Source of the DNA: Armatimonadia bacterium
GTDB lineage: Bacteria > Armatimonadota > Zipacnadia > Zipacnadales > UBA11051
Direction of reading: 5' to 3'
NCBI GenBank assembly: GCA_039683575.1
Contig: JBDKRC010000311.1
Coordinates: 1-15,790 of the forward strand
DNA: 15,790 nt
A program made the position numbers and the translations under genes. This document shows, one piece after another, positions 14,617 to 15,790 of the stretch (the stretch's first letter is position 1; each line of letters opens with the position of its first letter). Under the pieces are notes generated by a model. That model did not search any database. It was not told where the DNA came from and worked only from the letters and a program-made list of their open reading frames with translations.

Positions 14617-15790
14617 TCAACGGTTCTGGGTTGCCAACAGTTCTTCCAGGACTTTGCGGGCAATCGGCCCCGCGCTCTCTGAGCCGCTTTCGCCGCCTTC
14701 GACCACGACTGTGACTACGACCTGGGGGTTCTCAACAGGCGCGAAACAGGTGAACCAGCCATGCGCCGGCCCCTGCGGGTTCTCCGCAGAGCCGGTCTTG
14801 CCAGCCACGCTGATGCCACTCAGAGCCGCCACTCGCCCTGTTCCCTTTTCCACCACGTTCTGCATCATACCTGCAAGCGTGTGCGCCGTCTCGGGCTTGA
14901 TCGCCTGCCCAAAATCCCCCGCCTCGCCCTTCGTCCGCACCCGCTTATCAGGCGTCATGACCTGCGCCACGATGTACGGCTGCAGCACGTGGCCACCATT
15001 GGCGATAGCAGCAGTCAGTCGCGCCACCTCAAAGGGCGTCAGCATCGTCGCGCCCTGCCCGAACGAGGCGAGTGCGAGTTGTGCATCGCCCTTGAAACCA
15101 CGGAAATCGTACATCCGGCCCTTCTTGCTCGGCAGGCCCACATTGGCCTCATCCAGCAGGTGGAACTTCTTCATGTAGGCGATGAAGTTGTCGATCCCGA
15201 TCTTCTCACCCAGTTTGGCGAACGCTATGTTGCAGGAGTCGCACAGCGCCCTATCGAGGTCCAACGCGCCGTGCCCGGAGAGGATGCGGCACTTGATGCG
15301 CGTGTGCGCCACTCGCTCTGTCCCGGCGCACCGGAACTCGGTCTCGGGCGTTGCCAGCCCCAGATCCAGCCCAACTGCCGCCGTGAAGATCTTGAAGACC
15401 GATCCGGGCGGATAGAGTCCCTGGACTGCCCGGTTGAGCTCGGGGACGTTCGGATCAAAGCGGAAGAAGTTTAGCTCCTCCTGTGAGGAGCTGACTTTGG
15501 CAGGGTCATACGTCGGAGCGCTTGCCAGCACCAGCGTGGCGCCCGTCCGGGGGTTCAGGGCCACTACGGCCCCCCGCCTGCCGTCCAACTCCTCGACGGC
15601 AAGCTGCTGCGCCGCGCTGTTGATGGTCAGGACGATATCATTGCCAGTCGGGCCGCCTGCCAGCAGATCACGCCAGGCATCGGCGTACTGCCCCAGCCCG
15701 TATAGGGGCTCCCGCAGACCATACTGCAGCCCGGTCTGTGGTGCATAGCCGGTCAGGTGCGCGAAATCGCTCCCGGCGGGGTAGGTGAGC
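14617..15790 (-). CDS. Class B penicillin-binding transpeptidase (PbpA-like), 5' truncated by the window
   Basis: SxxK (GSVFKI), SxN (SCN) and KTG motifs. The frame stays open to the window edge (LTYPAGSDFAHLTGY...GNDIVLTIN). Adjacent to pknB. Confidence 0.9.
   Translation of the reverse strand, partial: LTYPAGSDFAHLTGYAPQTGLQYGLREPLYGLGQYADAWRDLLAGGPTGNDIVLTINSAAQQLAVEELDGRRGAVVALNPRTGATLVLASAPTYDPAKVSSSQEELNFFRFDPNVPELNRAVQGLYPPGSVFKIFTAAVGLDLGLATPETEFRCAGTERVAHTRIKCRILSGHGALDLDRALCDSCNIAFAKLGEKIGIDNFIAYMKKFHLLDEANVGLPSKKGRMYDFRGFKGDAQLALASFGQGATMLTPFEVARLTAAIANGGHVLQPYIVAQVMTPDKRVRTKGEAGDFGQAIKPETAHTLAGMMQNVVEKGTGRVAALSGISVAGKTGSAENPQGPAHGWFTCFAPVENPQVVVTVVVEGGESGSESAGPIARKVLEELLATQNR

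Overview
GC-rich bacterial chromosomal segment, mostly housekeeping genes. The taxon cannot be fixed from sequence alone; gene content and divergence suggest a Terrabacteria-type lineage such as Armatimonadota (inference). Order: 3' end of a C45/AAT peptidase (+); a convergent AT-rich gap with two DnaA-box matches; DUF362 and SDR epimerase genes (-); a co-oriented cluster of KaiC/RAD55-like ATPase, Clp1-family polynucleotide kinase and YhaM-like OB-HD nuclease, separated by REP-like palindromes (+); an ECF sigma/zinc anti-sigma pair (+); then, on the minus strand, pbpA-like transpeptidase (partial), PASTA Ser/Thr kinase, a secreted discoidin-like protein, purA, rpsO and pnp. Best leads: (1) a compact attenuator-like purA leader whose core motif CCGWGAACTRG recurs in the leader of the uncharacterised ATPase; (2) the ATPase-Clp1-YhaM trio as a possible RNA end-processing module; (3) a long pnp leader hairpin capped by a REP doublet; (4) an apparently leaderless, autoregulated ECF sigma gene; (5) an oriC-like DnaA-box/AT-rich patch.
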